Of a stretch of DNA of 57,123 bases, positions 23,116 to 36,433 are shown in pieces. Below the pieces are notes generated by a model, which ran no database searches, was not told where the DNA came from, and saw nothing but the letters and a program-made list of their open reading frames with translations. Within the stretch, counting starts at the first letter, position 1, and every line of letters starts with the position of its first letter. Source of the DNA: Octopus bimaculoides (lineage: Eukaryota). The position numbers were made by a program, and so were the translations under genes. The stretch is taken from the NCBI RefSeq assembly GCF_001194135.2, contig NC_068982.1, positions 118,403,010 through 118,460,132 of the forward strand. The letters run 5' to 3'.

Positions 23116-24654
23116 TATTATTATTGATCTTGTTTCAAATGCTATTCTTGTCAAGTTTGGCTTTAGCCTTCTGGGTATCATGAAAAGATAATTCAAATAA
23201 TTGTTTCTGATTTAAGCATTTCTGAGGATAGGTGTGTAGCTGATACCATTTACCCCAGTGCCTGACTGACAATTGCTTCTGTCGATTGCAGAGGGATAAA
23301 AGCAATTTTTTTCTCGACGGGATTTGAACTCAAAAAGTTATGTAATGTCTTCTGTAAAACCGTCATGAATTATTCCCTTAGATCACGATCGTGAGCCTGT
23401 CTGAGAATTCGGAAATTGTATCATTATTAACGAGGGTGTTGGATGACGAAATCTGTCGGGCGTTGGCCAAAATATCTTGCGCTAAGATCAAATTATTACT
23501 CCGAATGTTTTGTGTTCGACTCGTAAACGTTCACATATTTAAGTTAAATGAAACAACTTCTGGTGAATTGGTATTGGAGGTTCATTTCATTCATAAACAC
23601 ACATGCACATACACGTGCATACACACCCACACACACATGCACACGCGCACACACGCACACGCAAACACACACACGCTCACTCTCGGATTATATTATTGTG
23701 ATGTATTTGAGTGCATTTGTGCGAGTGTGTGTTTGTGTGTATAGATATGTATATACTTATATATATATATATATATATATATNNNNNNNNNNNNNNNNNN
23801 NNNNNNNNNNNNNNNNNNNNNNNNNNNNNNNNNNNNNNNNNNNNNNNNNNNNNNNNNNNNNNNNNNNNNNNNNNNNNNNNNNNNNNNNNNNNNNNNNNNN
23901 NNNNNNNNNNNNNNNNNNNNNNNNNNNNNNNNNNNNNNNNNNNNNNNNNNNNNNNNNNNNNNNNNNNNNNNNNNNNNNNNNNNNNNNNNNNNNNNNNNNN
24001 NNNNNNNNNNNNNNNNNNNNNNNNNNNNNNNNNNNNNNNNATATATATATATATATATATAGATATATATATATATATATGTATATATGTATATATCCTC
24101 ACACACACACACAAGCACACAAACATGCACATGCGTACTACATATACACATACTGACACACAAAGGTTTGTGAACGCATATTCACATTCACATATATTCA
24201 TTCAGTTTGAAAATATGATCAAGAGGGATTCGTTCGGCGTTCTAGTGCACCCCTGCCATCAACCATATTGCTGGCAAATAATGAACCGATTGTTATGCAT
24301 CTTTGTTGTAGCAGTTGTATGACTATTGTTGTTGATTTTGTCGTTGCAAGCATTTCTGGTGCGATAATTCTCGTAGTTGATAGTACTTATCATTAAAACA
24401 ACTACTTATTTAATTACTACACTATTTCATAGTTGAAACCTACCGGATGTGAACTCAAGACGTAAAGGCCGTATGTTGTTTAATGGTACGCTTTAGAGCT
24501 TCAGTCATTGAGTTTGTAAACATTGTCAGAAGCACATTGTATTGAAAACGCTGTGTATATCAAAGGTATTAATTTACTGACGTTAGAATACACGACATGA
24601 ATGTAAATAGTATTACATCCACTTATGTATTAACAAAAAAAACAAAGACGCTAA

Positions 24655-24657
24655 TGA

Positions 24658-24721
<64 letters not shown>

Positions 24722-24767
24722 AATGCTGATGCTGCAGTCTTTGCTGCCGTTACTGGTACAACTACCT

Positions 24768-24840
<73 letters not shown>
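24655..24840. repeat. Microsatellites (TAC)n-(TGC)n-(AAT)n
   Basis: Visible directly. Confidence 0.95.
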
Positions 24841-25141
24841 GCAAAAAAGCAACCGTGATCATGATGATGATAAAGGTGATGGATTCTTCACATGACTGCT
24901 GTGTTGTGAGTGGGTGTACGTGAATAAGTACATATGCACATATCCACATTCCCAAATAAATATAAATACGTTTGCGTATATATACATAAACTATTGTATT
25001 GTTCTGAAAACTTATGACTATCTGACGATCGGTTACATGAAACTAAGAGCAACAGTTTCTAAAGTATTTTCAGTTTCCATAAAATTAAACAATACACGCT
25101 ACACACCATCTACCCTCATATATATAAATATATACACAGAC

Positions 25142-25175
<34 letters not shown>

Positions 25176-25219
25176 ATNNNNNNNNNNNNNNNNNNNNNNN
25201 NNNNNNNNNNNNNNNNNNN

Positions 25220-25615
25220 ACGTGTAAGTGAGTGTGTGGGTGTGTGAAAGTAGCTTGCTTCCCAAGAACTTGCTTCCAGGTTCAGTCCCACTGACACACA
25301 CCTTGGGCAAGTGTTTTCTACTATAACCTCGGGCCGACCAAATCCTTGTGAGTGGATTCGATAGACGGAAACTGGAAGAAGGCCATTGTATATATGTATA
25401 TATTTATGTGTATGTGTCTGTGGTCCCTACGCCTTGACATCACGATCGATGCTAGTTGTTTATGCACCCGTAATCTAGCGGTTCAGTAAATCACGGCCGA
25501 TAAAATAAGTACTAGGCTTACAAATAATAAGCCATGGGGTTGATTTCTTCCTCTAAAACTCATTAAGGTGGTACCCCAGTATAGCCGCAGTCAAATAACT
25601 GAAACAGTTAGAAGA
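25220..25615 (+). mobile_element. SINE family B
   Basis: Head ...gttcagtcccactgac-caccttgggcaagtg..., internal (TA/TG)n, tail gataaaataagtactaggcttac...ccgcagtcaaataactgaaac. Confidence 0.85.
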
Positions 25616-25672
25616 ATAAATTCGTATATATATACATACACGCAGACACGCACGCACACACACACACACATA

Positions 25673-25726
<54 letters not shown>

Positions 25727-25749
25727 TATATATGTATGTATATATATGA

Positions 25750-26035
25750 GAACCGATGACCCAGTGGTTAGGTTTTCTCAATCATGATCGTGAGATCGTG
25801 CTTTCAATTCCGAGACGGGTGGCGCGTTGTGTTCTTGACCAAAACACTTCAGTTTATATTGCATGAGATCACTTCGCACCTGACACGTGGTACTCCGTGC
25901 ACCTGTATAGTTTAAGTGGAGGGAGTGCGCTAATATACATCACATACATTTGATCACCGTAAAACAAATCGTCCATGAATGCCTCTCTCTCACAATCTGA
26001 ATTGTTAGACGTATTCGTCGACAGGAGAGTCCGTC
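25750..26035 (+). mobile_element. SINE family E
   Basis: tgacccagtggttagg...tttcaattccgagacgggtggcgcgttgtgttcttgaccaaaacactt; head homologous to 2030-2210 (minus strand). Confidence 0.65.
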
Positions 26036-27801
26036 CTTCGCATATATAGATATATAAATATATATAGAGAGAGAGAATGAATGTATGCATTTCTGTATCT
26101 ATATAAATATAAACATATATATATATATATANNNNNNNNNNNNNNNNNNNNNNNNNNNNNNNNNNNNNNNNNNNNNNNNNNNNNNNNNNNNNNNNNNNNN
26201 NNNNNNNNNNNNNNNNNNNNNNNNNNNNNNNNNNNNNNNNNNNNNNNNNNNNNNNNNNNNNNNNNNNNNNNNNNNNNNNNNNNNNNNNNNNNNNNNNNNN
26301 NNNNNNNNNNNNNNNNNNNNNNNNNNNNNNNNNNNNNNNNNNNNNNNNNNNNNNNNNNNNNNNNNNNNNNNNNNNNNNNNNNNNNNNNNNNNNNNNNNNN
26401 NNNNNNNNNNNNNNNNNNNNNNNNNNNNNNNNNNNNNNNNNNNNNNNNNNNNNNNNNNNNNNNNNNNNNNNNNNNNNNNNNNNNNNNNNNNNNNNNNNNN
26501 NNNNNNNNNNNNNNNNNNNNNNNNNNNNNNNNNNNNNNNNNNNNNNNNNNNNNNNNNNNNNNNNNNNNNNNNNNNNNNNNNNNNNNNNNNNNNNNNNNNN
26601 NNNNNNNNNNNNNNNNNNNNNNNNNNNNNNNNNNNNNNNNNNNNNNNNNNNNNNNNNNNNNNNNNNNNNNNNNNNNNNNNNNNNNNNNNNNNNNNNNNNN
26701 NNNNNNNNNNNNNNNNNNNNNNNNNNNNNNNNNNNNNNNNNNNNNNNNNNNNNNNNNNNNNNNNNNNNNNNNNNNNNNNNNNNNNNNNNNNNNNNNNNNN
26801 NNNNNNNNNNNNNNNNNNNNNNNNNNNNNNNNNNNNNNNNNNNNNNNNNNNNNNNNNNNNNNNNNNNNNNNNNNNNNNNNNNNNNNNNNNNNNNNNNNNN
26901 NNNNNNNNNNNNNNNNNNNNNNNNNNNNNNNNNNNNNNNNNNNNNNNNNNNNNNNNNNNNNNNNNNNNNNNNNNNNNNNNNNNNNNNNNNNNNNNNNNNN
27001 NNNNNNNNNNNNNNNNNNNNNNNNNNNNTATATATATATATATGTTTGTATGTGTGTGTGGGTGCGTGCGTATGTGTGCGTATCACTCACATATATACAG
27101 TCATGTGTGTGTATGTCAGTGTGTGTGTGTGTGTTTACATGCTTTCATTCTACAATTTGATTTAATGCAGCATCCAGGCGTCTGTGCGAGTGTAATTTTG
27201 TCTTTTGATGGGTGTCCTTATATAAAAATATATACACATATATATATAGTTATACATAAATAGATGCACAGAAGCACATATCTTCATGTAAGTGTTGTAA
27301 TGTATTTTATACGATGCAATTATTTTCTGATATACAACATAATGTATTGTGTAACTCAGGTTAATATGTTTATCATATCGAAAACACAAACACCACAGCC
27401 CGTCACAACTCCCACAGTTGATAGTCAACTTGTTACACACAGAAACGCTCGCGCACGCATGCACATAACACTCAACCACACACCCCCACACACGCATACT
27501 TGCACATAAATTGATATTCATGCACATATATACTTAATATTCATACGTGCGTTTGTTTATATGTACATTTTGTATGCGTGTCTTTGCGTTTCCATTTGTC
27601 CCACCACCATCGCATGACAAACGGTAGTGTCTTGTTCATGTCCAGTAATTCAGAATAAATACCGGATTTGAAAATATATCCTGAACTCCACTATACTGAT
27701 GCACCTGGATGCTCAATGACTAAAAGAATGAAAAAGAAAAAATATATATGTGTATATACTTATACATATAAATATGTTCGTACACACACTCACACTTACA
27801 C

Positions 27802-27870
<69 letters not shown>

Positions 27871-27873
<3 letters not shown>

Positions 27874-27988
27874 CACCTTCACTACAGTAACCATAAGAGC
27901 ATCACAGCAAACCACAGCACATACCCAACGCACACAGAGTTGCGCTCGGCAGTGAAGTGAAAGCACGTTATAAAAATAAAACTACTGA
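27871..27988 (+). mobile_element. Extreme 3' end of an R4/Dong-clade LINE inserted in (AAT)n
   Basis: aaacaccttcactacagtaa (end of ORF) plus 3' UTR gcatcacagcaaaccacagcacataccc...gcacgttataaaaataaaactactgaat, matching 36150-36260 (minus); (AAT)n on both sides. Confidence 0.85.
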
Positions 27989-28000
27989 ATAATAATAATG

Positions 28001-28033
<33 letters not shown>

Positions 28034-28060
28034 TTAATAATAATAATAATGATGATAATG

Positions 28061-28095
<35 letters not shown>

Positions 28096-28579
28096 CCTTT
28101 CTACTATAGGCACGATGCCTGAAATTTCGAGGGAGGAGCTGATTCGATTACAGTGATTCCAGTACTCAACTGGTATTTATTGTATCGACCCCGAAGGACG
28201 AAATGCAAAGTTCACCTCGGCGTCATTTGAAACAGAATAAAGCGACGGACGAAATGTCACTATGTATATAGCCCAGCGTGCTAACGATTCTGCTGATTCG
28301 CCGTTTTCAATAATATTTTCTGCTGTAATTACAAGGCCTGAACATTTCGGGGAGAGTCTAACCGATTACATCGACCCCAGTGTTTCGCTGGTACTTAATC
28401 TACTGACTAAAAAAGGATGAAAGACAAAGGTGACCTCTGCGGAATTTGAACTCAGAACGTAGCGATGGACGAAATACCGCTAAATATTACACTCGGCGTA
28501 CTAACGATTCTGCCAGGTCGCCGCCTTAATAATGGTGATGATGATGATGCTGATGATGAAGATGATGATAATATTAATA

Positions 28580-28642
<63 letters not shown>

Positions 28643-28667
28643 TTGATAATAAAATAATAATAATAAT

Positions 28668-28731
<64 letters not shown>

Positions 28732-28925
28732 TCTTCAAATTTTTCCAGAAGGGCAGCTATCATAGAGGATGGGGATGTGTCGATTACATCGACCCCAGTA
28801 CCTGACTGGTACTTAATTTATCAATATCGAAAGGATGAAAGGCAAAGTCGACAAAGGGCATTTGAACTGGGAACATAGCGGCAGACGAAATACTGCTAAG
28901 CATTTCGCCTGGCCTGCTGCCGATT
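28096..28925 (-). mobile_element. Three SINE family C copies (about 28096-28325, 28315-28527, 28735-28925) interleaved with (AAT)n
   Basis: Reverse complement of the SINE-C core (actggtacttaat...gaaaggatgaaaggcaaagtcgac) occurs three times. Confidence 0.9.
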
Positions 28926-28940
28926 ATGCCACCTCCCTTG

Positions 28941-28977
<37 letters not shown>

Positions 28978-29399
28978 GCAACAACAACAACAAAAACAAC
29001 AACAACAACAATAATAATAATGAGAAGTGAAAGAAGAAGAACAACAACAAAAACGAGGACAAAAAGAGTAAAAAGCATAAGTTTAAGTTCAATAACATGT
29101 TGAGTTGCATACGTATTTGTCTGTGCGTGTGTGTGTGTGTGTGTGTGTGCGTGTGTGTGTGTGTGTGTGTATTTGTGTGTGTGTGTTTGTATCGTAATTC
29201 AGTTATCCAGTAAAGGGCTATAACTAGATCTTACGGATGCTCATAAAATTCAATGAAAACGTAAACATCTTAAATGCCCGAAAATACACACGTTTGACAC
29301 AACATGCTTAGGGTATGGATGACTAAATTGCTGGATCCCATATAATCTAGTTCTTTATAGCTACAAAACATAGAATAATGATGCATCAATTGACACAAA

Positions 29400-29419
29400 T
29401 CTCTCTCTCTCTCTCTATC

Positions 29420-29451
<32 letters not shown>

Positions 29452-29456
29452 ACTCG

Positions 29457-29527
<71 letters not shown>
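29400..29527. repeat. (CT)n microsatellite
   Basis: Visible directly. Confidence 0.95.
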
Positions 29528-29530
<3 letters not shown>

Positions 29531-29625
29531 CATTCAACTTCTCCCGCGTTGCGATTGTTGAAACACGTTTACGCAGACATAATTTCACACTCACATACCT
29601 ATACTATAATTTCTACTATTATGCA

Positions 29626-29921
29626 TTAGTGGCTGTGTGGTAAGTAGCTTGCTTACCAACCACATGGTCCCGGGTTCAGTCTCACTGCGTGGCATCTTGG
29701 GCAAGTGTCTTCTACTATAGCCTCGGGCCGACCAATGCGTTGTGAGTGGATTTGGTAGACGGAAACTGAAAGAAGCCTGTCGTATATATGTATATATATA
29801 TGTATGTGTTTGTATGTCTGTGTTTGTCCCCCCAACATCGCTTGACAACCGATGCTGGTGTGTTTATGTCCCCGTAACTTAGCGGTTCGGCAAAAGAGAC
29901 CGATATAATAAGTACTAGGCT
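29626..29921 (+). mobile_element. SINE family B, well preserved (runs into a gap)
   Basis: gtggctgtgtggtaagtagcttgcttaccaaccacatggtcccgggttcagtctcactgcgtggcatcttgggcaagtgtcttc...gcggttcggcaaaagagaccgatataataagtactaggct. Confidence 0.92.
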
Positions 29922-30455
29922 NNNNNNNNNNNNNNNNNNNNNNNNNNNNNNNNNNNNNNNNNNNNNNNNNNNNNNNNNNNNNNNNNNNNNNNNNNNNNNN
30001 NNNNNNNNNNNNNNNNNNNNNNNNNNNNNNNNNNNNNNNNNNNNNNNNNNNNNNNNNNNNNNNNNNNNNNNNNNNNNNNNNNNNNNNNNNNNNNNNNNNN
30101 NNNNNNNNNNNNNNNNNNNNNNNNNNNNNNNNNNNNNNNNNNNNNNNNNNNNNNNNNNNNNNNNNNNNNNNNNNNNNNNNNNNNNNNNNNNNNNNNNNNN
30201 NNNNNNNNNNNNNNNNNNNNNNNNNNNNNNNNNNNNNNNNNNNNNNNNNNNNNNNNNNNNNNNNNNNNNNNNNNNNNNNNNNNNNNNNNNNNNNNNNNNN
30301 NNNNNNNNNNNNNNNNNNNNNNNNNNNNNNNNNNNNNNNNNNNNNNNNNNNNNNNNNNNNNNNNNNNNNNNNNNNNNNNNNNNNNNNNNNNNNNNNNNNN
30401 NNNNNNNNNNNNNNNNNNNNNNNNNNNNNNNNNNNNNNNNNNNNNNNNNNNNNNN

Positions 30456-30500
<45 letters not shown>

Positions 30501-31153
30501 TAAATAGAGGCGTATGTTTATATATACAAATATATATGTTCATATATATATATATATACATATCCACACACACATATATATAGGAAACTGAGAATGTCAA
30601 GTCTGTCTGTCTGTCTGTCGCACTATATGTGTGCATTACTGTGCATTACTAAAACTCGCGAACCACCCAAACGATTTCATTTAAATTTTAGATATTTTCT
30701 TGATGTCCATGCAGTGCCATAAACCAAATATTCTTCCACTTCTTGCCTCATGTGATCTCGGAGCAGTGTCTTATCTCTTGTGCTATTTCACTATTGTGTG
30801 TCAAAAGTGAAACAATAACAAGTCTATGGTAATATGAAATAATACTGCCTGTATAATACTTTCAATATTAATACTGAAACTATTATCTCACATATATACA
30901 TGCATTTACACACGCGCTCGCACACACATACACACATACCGATGGATAGATTAGATATATAATTATGCATATATATGCATATATATATATATATGAATAT
31001 ATAAATATGTGTCTAAACATCAGCACATATATATATGTATATATATATAGATCTGTATGTATAGATGTATATGTATATATGTATACATATATGTACGTAT
31101 ATATATAAATGTATATTTGATGGATATGTATAGATGTATGTGTATAAGTTTAC

Positions 31154-31186
<33 letters not shown>

Positions 31187-31945
31187 NNNNNNNNNNNNNN
31201 NNNNNNNNNNNNNNNNNNNNNNNNNNNNNNNNNNNNNNNNNNNNNNNNNNNNNNNNNNNNNNNNNNNNNNNNNNNNNNNNNNNNNNNNNNNNNNNNNNNN
31301 NNNNNNNNNNNNNNNNNNNNNNNNNNNNNNNNNNNNNNNNNNNNNNNNNNNNNNNNNNNNNNNNNNNNNNNNNNNNNNNNNNNNNNNNNNNNNNNNNNNN
31401 NNNNNNNNNNNNNNNNNNNNNNNNNNNNNNNNNNNNNNNNNNNNNNNNNNNNNNNNNNNNNNNNNNNNNNNNNNNNNNNNNNNNNNNNNNNNNNNNNNNN
31501 NNNNNNNNNNNNNNNNNNNNNNNNNNNNNNNNNNNNNNNNNNNNNNNNNNNNNNNNNNNNNNNNNNNNNNNNNNNNNNNNNNNNNNNNNNNNNNNNNNNN
31601 NNNNNNNNNNNNNNNNNNNNNNNNNNNNNNNNNNNNNNNNNNNNNNNNNNNNNNNNNNNNNNNNNNNNNNNNNNNNNNNNNNNNNNNNNNNNNNNNNNNN
31701 NNNNNNNNNNNNNNNNNNNNNNNNNNNNNNNNNNNNNNNNNNNNNNNNNNNNNNNNNNNNNNNNNNNNNNNNNNNNNNNNNNNNNNNNNNNNNNNNNNNN
31801 NNNNNNNNNNNNNNNNNNNNNNNNNNNNNNNNNNNNNNNNNNNNNNNNNNNNNNNNNNNNNNNNNNNNNNNNNNNNNNNNNNNNNNNNNNNNNNNNNNNN
31901 NNNNNNNNNNNNNNNNNNNNNNNNNNNNNNNNNNNNNNNNNNNNN

Positions 31946-31979
<34 letters not shown>

Positions 31980-32798
31980 CATGTCTGTTGTGCGTGTTTC
32001 TGTACGTGCTTGAATAATAGGTGTTGGAAATCGTTCCAAATGTTTATAAAACACTGAAAGGCATGCTGTACTGGATTTTGTTGAAGCGTAAATACCTTTA
32101 TTGACATATGTTAAAAGCATTATCCTTGTATGACTTCAGCCTTCTTGAGGCTTTTTATTATCGTTTAGTAAATTGTCACATGCATGAATTAAATATTTTG
32201 AAGTTGCGTCTTTTACAGCGCGACAAGCCTTCTGCTATACCAGCGAAATCATTTTTCACTATTTTTTATATACCGAGGAGCAAATTTGTTATGAGCATCG
32301 AGTAAGTCAATGCACATTATTGACAATCCTCATGAATGGCGAAATTCTTCTATCCATCTAATGTTCCGGTTTAAGGCCTCTTCGATATATATATATATAG
32401 TGCTTTTAACACATATCTATGAAAAATTTTCTACTCGGACAAGAACCACAGCAGTATGTATTTCTACAACGTAAATACATTGTGTATGATACACGGATAT
32501 ATATATTTACTTGAAGGTGTTTCGGAATATAATAGAATCCTATATATATATATACTTTCTTTATCTCTCACTTTCTAAAATAACTTATATATAATGAACT
32601 CTACTAATTCCGTCTATTGAAGCTCTCTTAAATCGTCTATGATGATGGCATATTTATTTCCCTCAAACAGCTGTAAGACCACCTTTCTCTTTATAAATGT
32701 CCTAGAAATATCACATTGCCTTGGCCTTGTTTTATTATTTTATTTAACACAGACACACAGACACACATACACACACACACACACACACGCACACAGGC

Positions 32799-32876
<78 letters not shown>

Positions 32877-33288
32877 CAATATATGTATGTGGATATATGT
32901 TCGTGTTTGTAGAAATTCCAGTAACCTGATGGTGTTTGTGATAGTTATGATTTCCATAATTTCCTGGAAAACCACCATTTTAAAATAAAGTTTAAAATCC
33001 TTCGGTTGTGGTTTTGTTATTAATTTTATTTTCTAAAAGAATGGGTAATGCTGATCAAGCAGATGTGATAAATTGATTATATGTTGACTGATTGACCCCA
33101 TTGCAAACTATCTGATGCTGTCGAGTAAAAAAAATATATGTTTGAAATGTGTGTTAATCGTATTTTTCAATCATAAGTTTGATATATGAATATTTAGACT
33201 GGAGAAACTTACGATGATGATTGAGGATGTGAGGTATCTAGATCCTATAGTCACTCATGAAGACATCTTTCAGTATTTGTCACATGTT

Positions 33289-33340
33289 CATCTCTCTGAC
33301 TAACATCTCTCTGACTAACATCTCTCTGACTAACATCTCT
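33289..33340 (+). repeat. 15-bp tandem repeat x3.5 (catctctctgactaa)
   Basis: Perfect copies at 33289, 33304 and 33319, plus a partial copy at 33334. Confidence 0.95.
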
Positions 33341-34260
33341 TATTGACATGACTTTGTCAGATGGACGTTACCCTATCAAAGTCGGTGAAACAGTGGACAA
33401 TATTACCAGTCGTATTCAGTTAGTTCCCTGTATGCTTTTTGTTTAAATCCGCCATAATATTTACTAATCGTTTTATCTTCACGCGATTGATTACAAAGTA
33501 ATAGTTTAGGATTAATGTTGGTATGCTCCACAAACCGATTCCCTAACAATCGCTGGCCTTATGCATTTTTAGAGTTCATTGTCTAGCATAACATATTTTG
33601 AGTAACTTTCTATATATTTTGAGTAACTCTCTAATGTAATGAATTGTTCTTGTATCCAGATGGTAAATTGTAGTCTTGTGTAGAACAATTTCATTTAAAT
33701 CGTATATTTTGCTAACCGAAAGCCTATAAAATTAGTAAAATCAGTTTCAGTCGAATGGTAGTGTCAACGATACCAGCTATATCATTGACATTGAACGTTT
33801 AGTGTCAATCAACAACCACTACACGTTGTCCTGAGGGCTGGTGCTAACGCTAGTTGACAGTTATTTGCCTAATCGCATATTTCTATAGTTACATGTCTTG
33901 TAGAGTGTCGGATAAAAATGCCTGACGATACTTCCATTCCTTCTTACACACTTTAATTCATCCTCTTACCATTTCTGATATCGATGTAATCCTTATAAAG
34001 ATGTAACATTCATGTAAATATTATTCCCATGGAGTCGATTCAGTTTGCAACAAGTTTCAGCTGAACAAGTGCCTCTAAATTTTAATCGAGTAATTCCATG
34101 TTTGTCACGTTTGCTTATATTCAAAGATCGAATATCACTCAGAAAGGTTTCGTATTTATTTATTTGGGGCCCAATCACATCGATAGCAACAGTATAGTGA
34201 GCCTTGTACAGTCACCTGTCTTTCTCTTTTCTTTTCTGTACCTTTGAATTATACACATAC

Positions 34261-34317
<57 letters not shown>

Positions 34318-35359
34318 CGTATGTATGTATGTATGTATGTATANNNNNNNNNNNNNNNNNNNNNNNNNNNNNNNNNNNNNNNNNNNNNNNNNNNNNNNNN
34401 NNNNNNNNNNNNNNNNNNNNNNNNNNNNNNNNNNNNNNNNNNNNNNNNNNNNNNNNNNNNNNNNNNNNNNNNNNNNNNNNNNNNNNNNNNNNNNNNNNNN
34501 NNNNNNNNNNNNNNNNNNNNNNNNNNNNNNNNNNNNNNNNNNNNNNNNNNNNNNNNNNNNNNNNNNNNNNNNNNNNNNNNNNNNNNNNNNNNNNNNNNNN
34601 NNNNNNNNNNNNNNNNNNNNNNNNNNNNNNNNNNNNNNNNNNNNNNNNNNNNNNNNNNNTATATATATAGACATACATACTAATGTAGGAAATTATCATT
34701 AAGTCATTAGCATTATCAAAATTGTGAAATATATATGAATTATTAGGAAACTATATCATGCAGCCTATCCATGTATAACGATAACACAATCCCAGCCTAC
34801 TTGAGGCCTTCTACATTGTTGCTCATCTTGCTGCACATATCAATTATATATCATTCAACTCATAGATGATGAATCCTGAAATGTATTTGATCATATGTAT
34901 GCGTGTATTGATATGTCCTTGGGTTAAATAACAAACCAATGACATTAGATGCTGATGAGCGAGAACTCATTGTTAATAACATGAAGTGTTCAAAAATTGT
35001 TATTCGTCACTAAATCTAGAATATATAGCGTATCGAAATGCGTTCACTCGCATCTGAATCGTATGCACAATGTAACGTTCAAATATAGATATTGCTCTCT
35101 AAATATTGTTGAATCGCAAATATAGTTACTCGTTTCTCCACCTTGTGCACCATGTAACATATGCAAATTTGGTCGATCGGCTTTGGATTTTGTTGCTCAT
35201 ATTTTATCTCTAGAGAATATAGACTGTATAACGAGTGCTGTCGATTATTCACCTCTAAATGTACAAAATTTATTCGTTAAGATGTTTTGTAAACTAAATT
35301 TTGATGGAGTTGAGGAGCTGTTACAAGTTAAGTTGTGGTTATATCTATCATTCTACTTG

Positions 35360-35429
35360 ATGGCGACACTCGTGATAATGATGGTGTTGAGGAAGACGAC
35401 GACGCCGACGACGCCGACGACGACCACAG

Positions 35430-35479
<50 letters not shown>

Positions 35480-36150
35480 GTGGTGGTGCTGGTGGTGGTG
35501 GTGGTGGTGGTGGTTGTGATGATGGTGGTGGTAGTGGTGGTGATACTGGTGACGGTGATGGCGACAATGATGACGACCGCGACAACGACGATGATGGTGG
35601 TGATGATGACGACGACGACGAAGACGATGTGATGATACAGAACATCATGGTGACGACGATAAAGATGATAATAATAATGATGTCAGCAGAAAATGGCATT
35701 CAACAATGAATTGTTCAAAAACTGGGTTTCTGTGGAAAAAATGGGGTGAATGCAAAAGCTTCAAATTTGAAACAATAGAATAGAAAGGAAATATTTGGTC
35801 GACGGCTTGTGACCATCATGACAAGGACTATTCTTCATGTGTGGTGTTCCCTGTCAGGAGCCCTACATCATCCGTGTACTTACATATAAAGTATATTATG
35901 TATACGTTTTATCTTATCCCCATCCTTCTCACACTTTCTTACTACGTATTTATGTAAAACGCACAAAGTGTAGAAAACCTCAGATAATGTACCCGTGTCA
36001 AGCAAAATGACATTATCATCATTATCATCATCATCATCATCATCATCATCGTCGTCATCATCATCTCCGTCGTCGTCGTCGTCGTCGTCGACATTGTTGT
36101 TGTTGTTGTTGTTTGTTATTATTATTATCATTATTATTATTATTATTATT
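35360..36150. repeat. Compound trinucleotide repeats (GAT/GAC/GGT)n, then (CAT/CGT/GTT/ATT)n
   Basis: Visible directly; source of the Asp/Gly-rich and poly-M ORFs. Confidence 0.9.
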
Positions 36151-36433
36151 CAGTAGTTTTATTTTTATAACGTGCTTTCACTTCAATCCGAGCGCAGCTC
36201 TGTGCGCCTTGGGTATGTGCTGTGGTTTGCTGTGGTGCTCTTATGTTTACTGTATTGAAAGTGTTTTGCGTAGAATGTGTGCAGTACCCAGTAGTGCAAT
36301 TTTCTGTATGTTATATATATTTGTAAGTCCTGGTGTTTTTGTTATGTATTTGTCTGAATATTTTTTTATTATACCTAAGGCACCTACTATGATAGGAATT
36401 GTTTCTGTTTTTAGATTCCACATTCGAGTTATC
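36150..36433 (-). pseudogene. 3' end of an R4/Dong-clade LINE (REL endonuclease C-terminus plus 3' UTR)
   Basis: Minus strand translates ITRMWNLKTETIPIIVGALGIIKKYSDKYITKTPGLTNIYNIQKIALLGTAHILRKTLSIQ* (stop at 36247-36249); flanked by (ATT)n on both sides. Confidence 0.9.
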
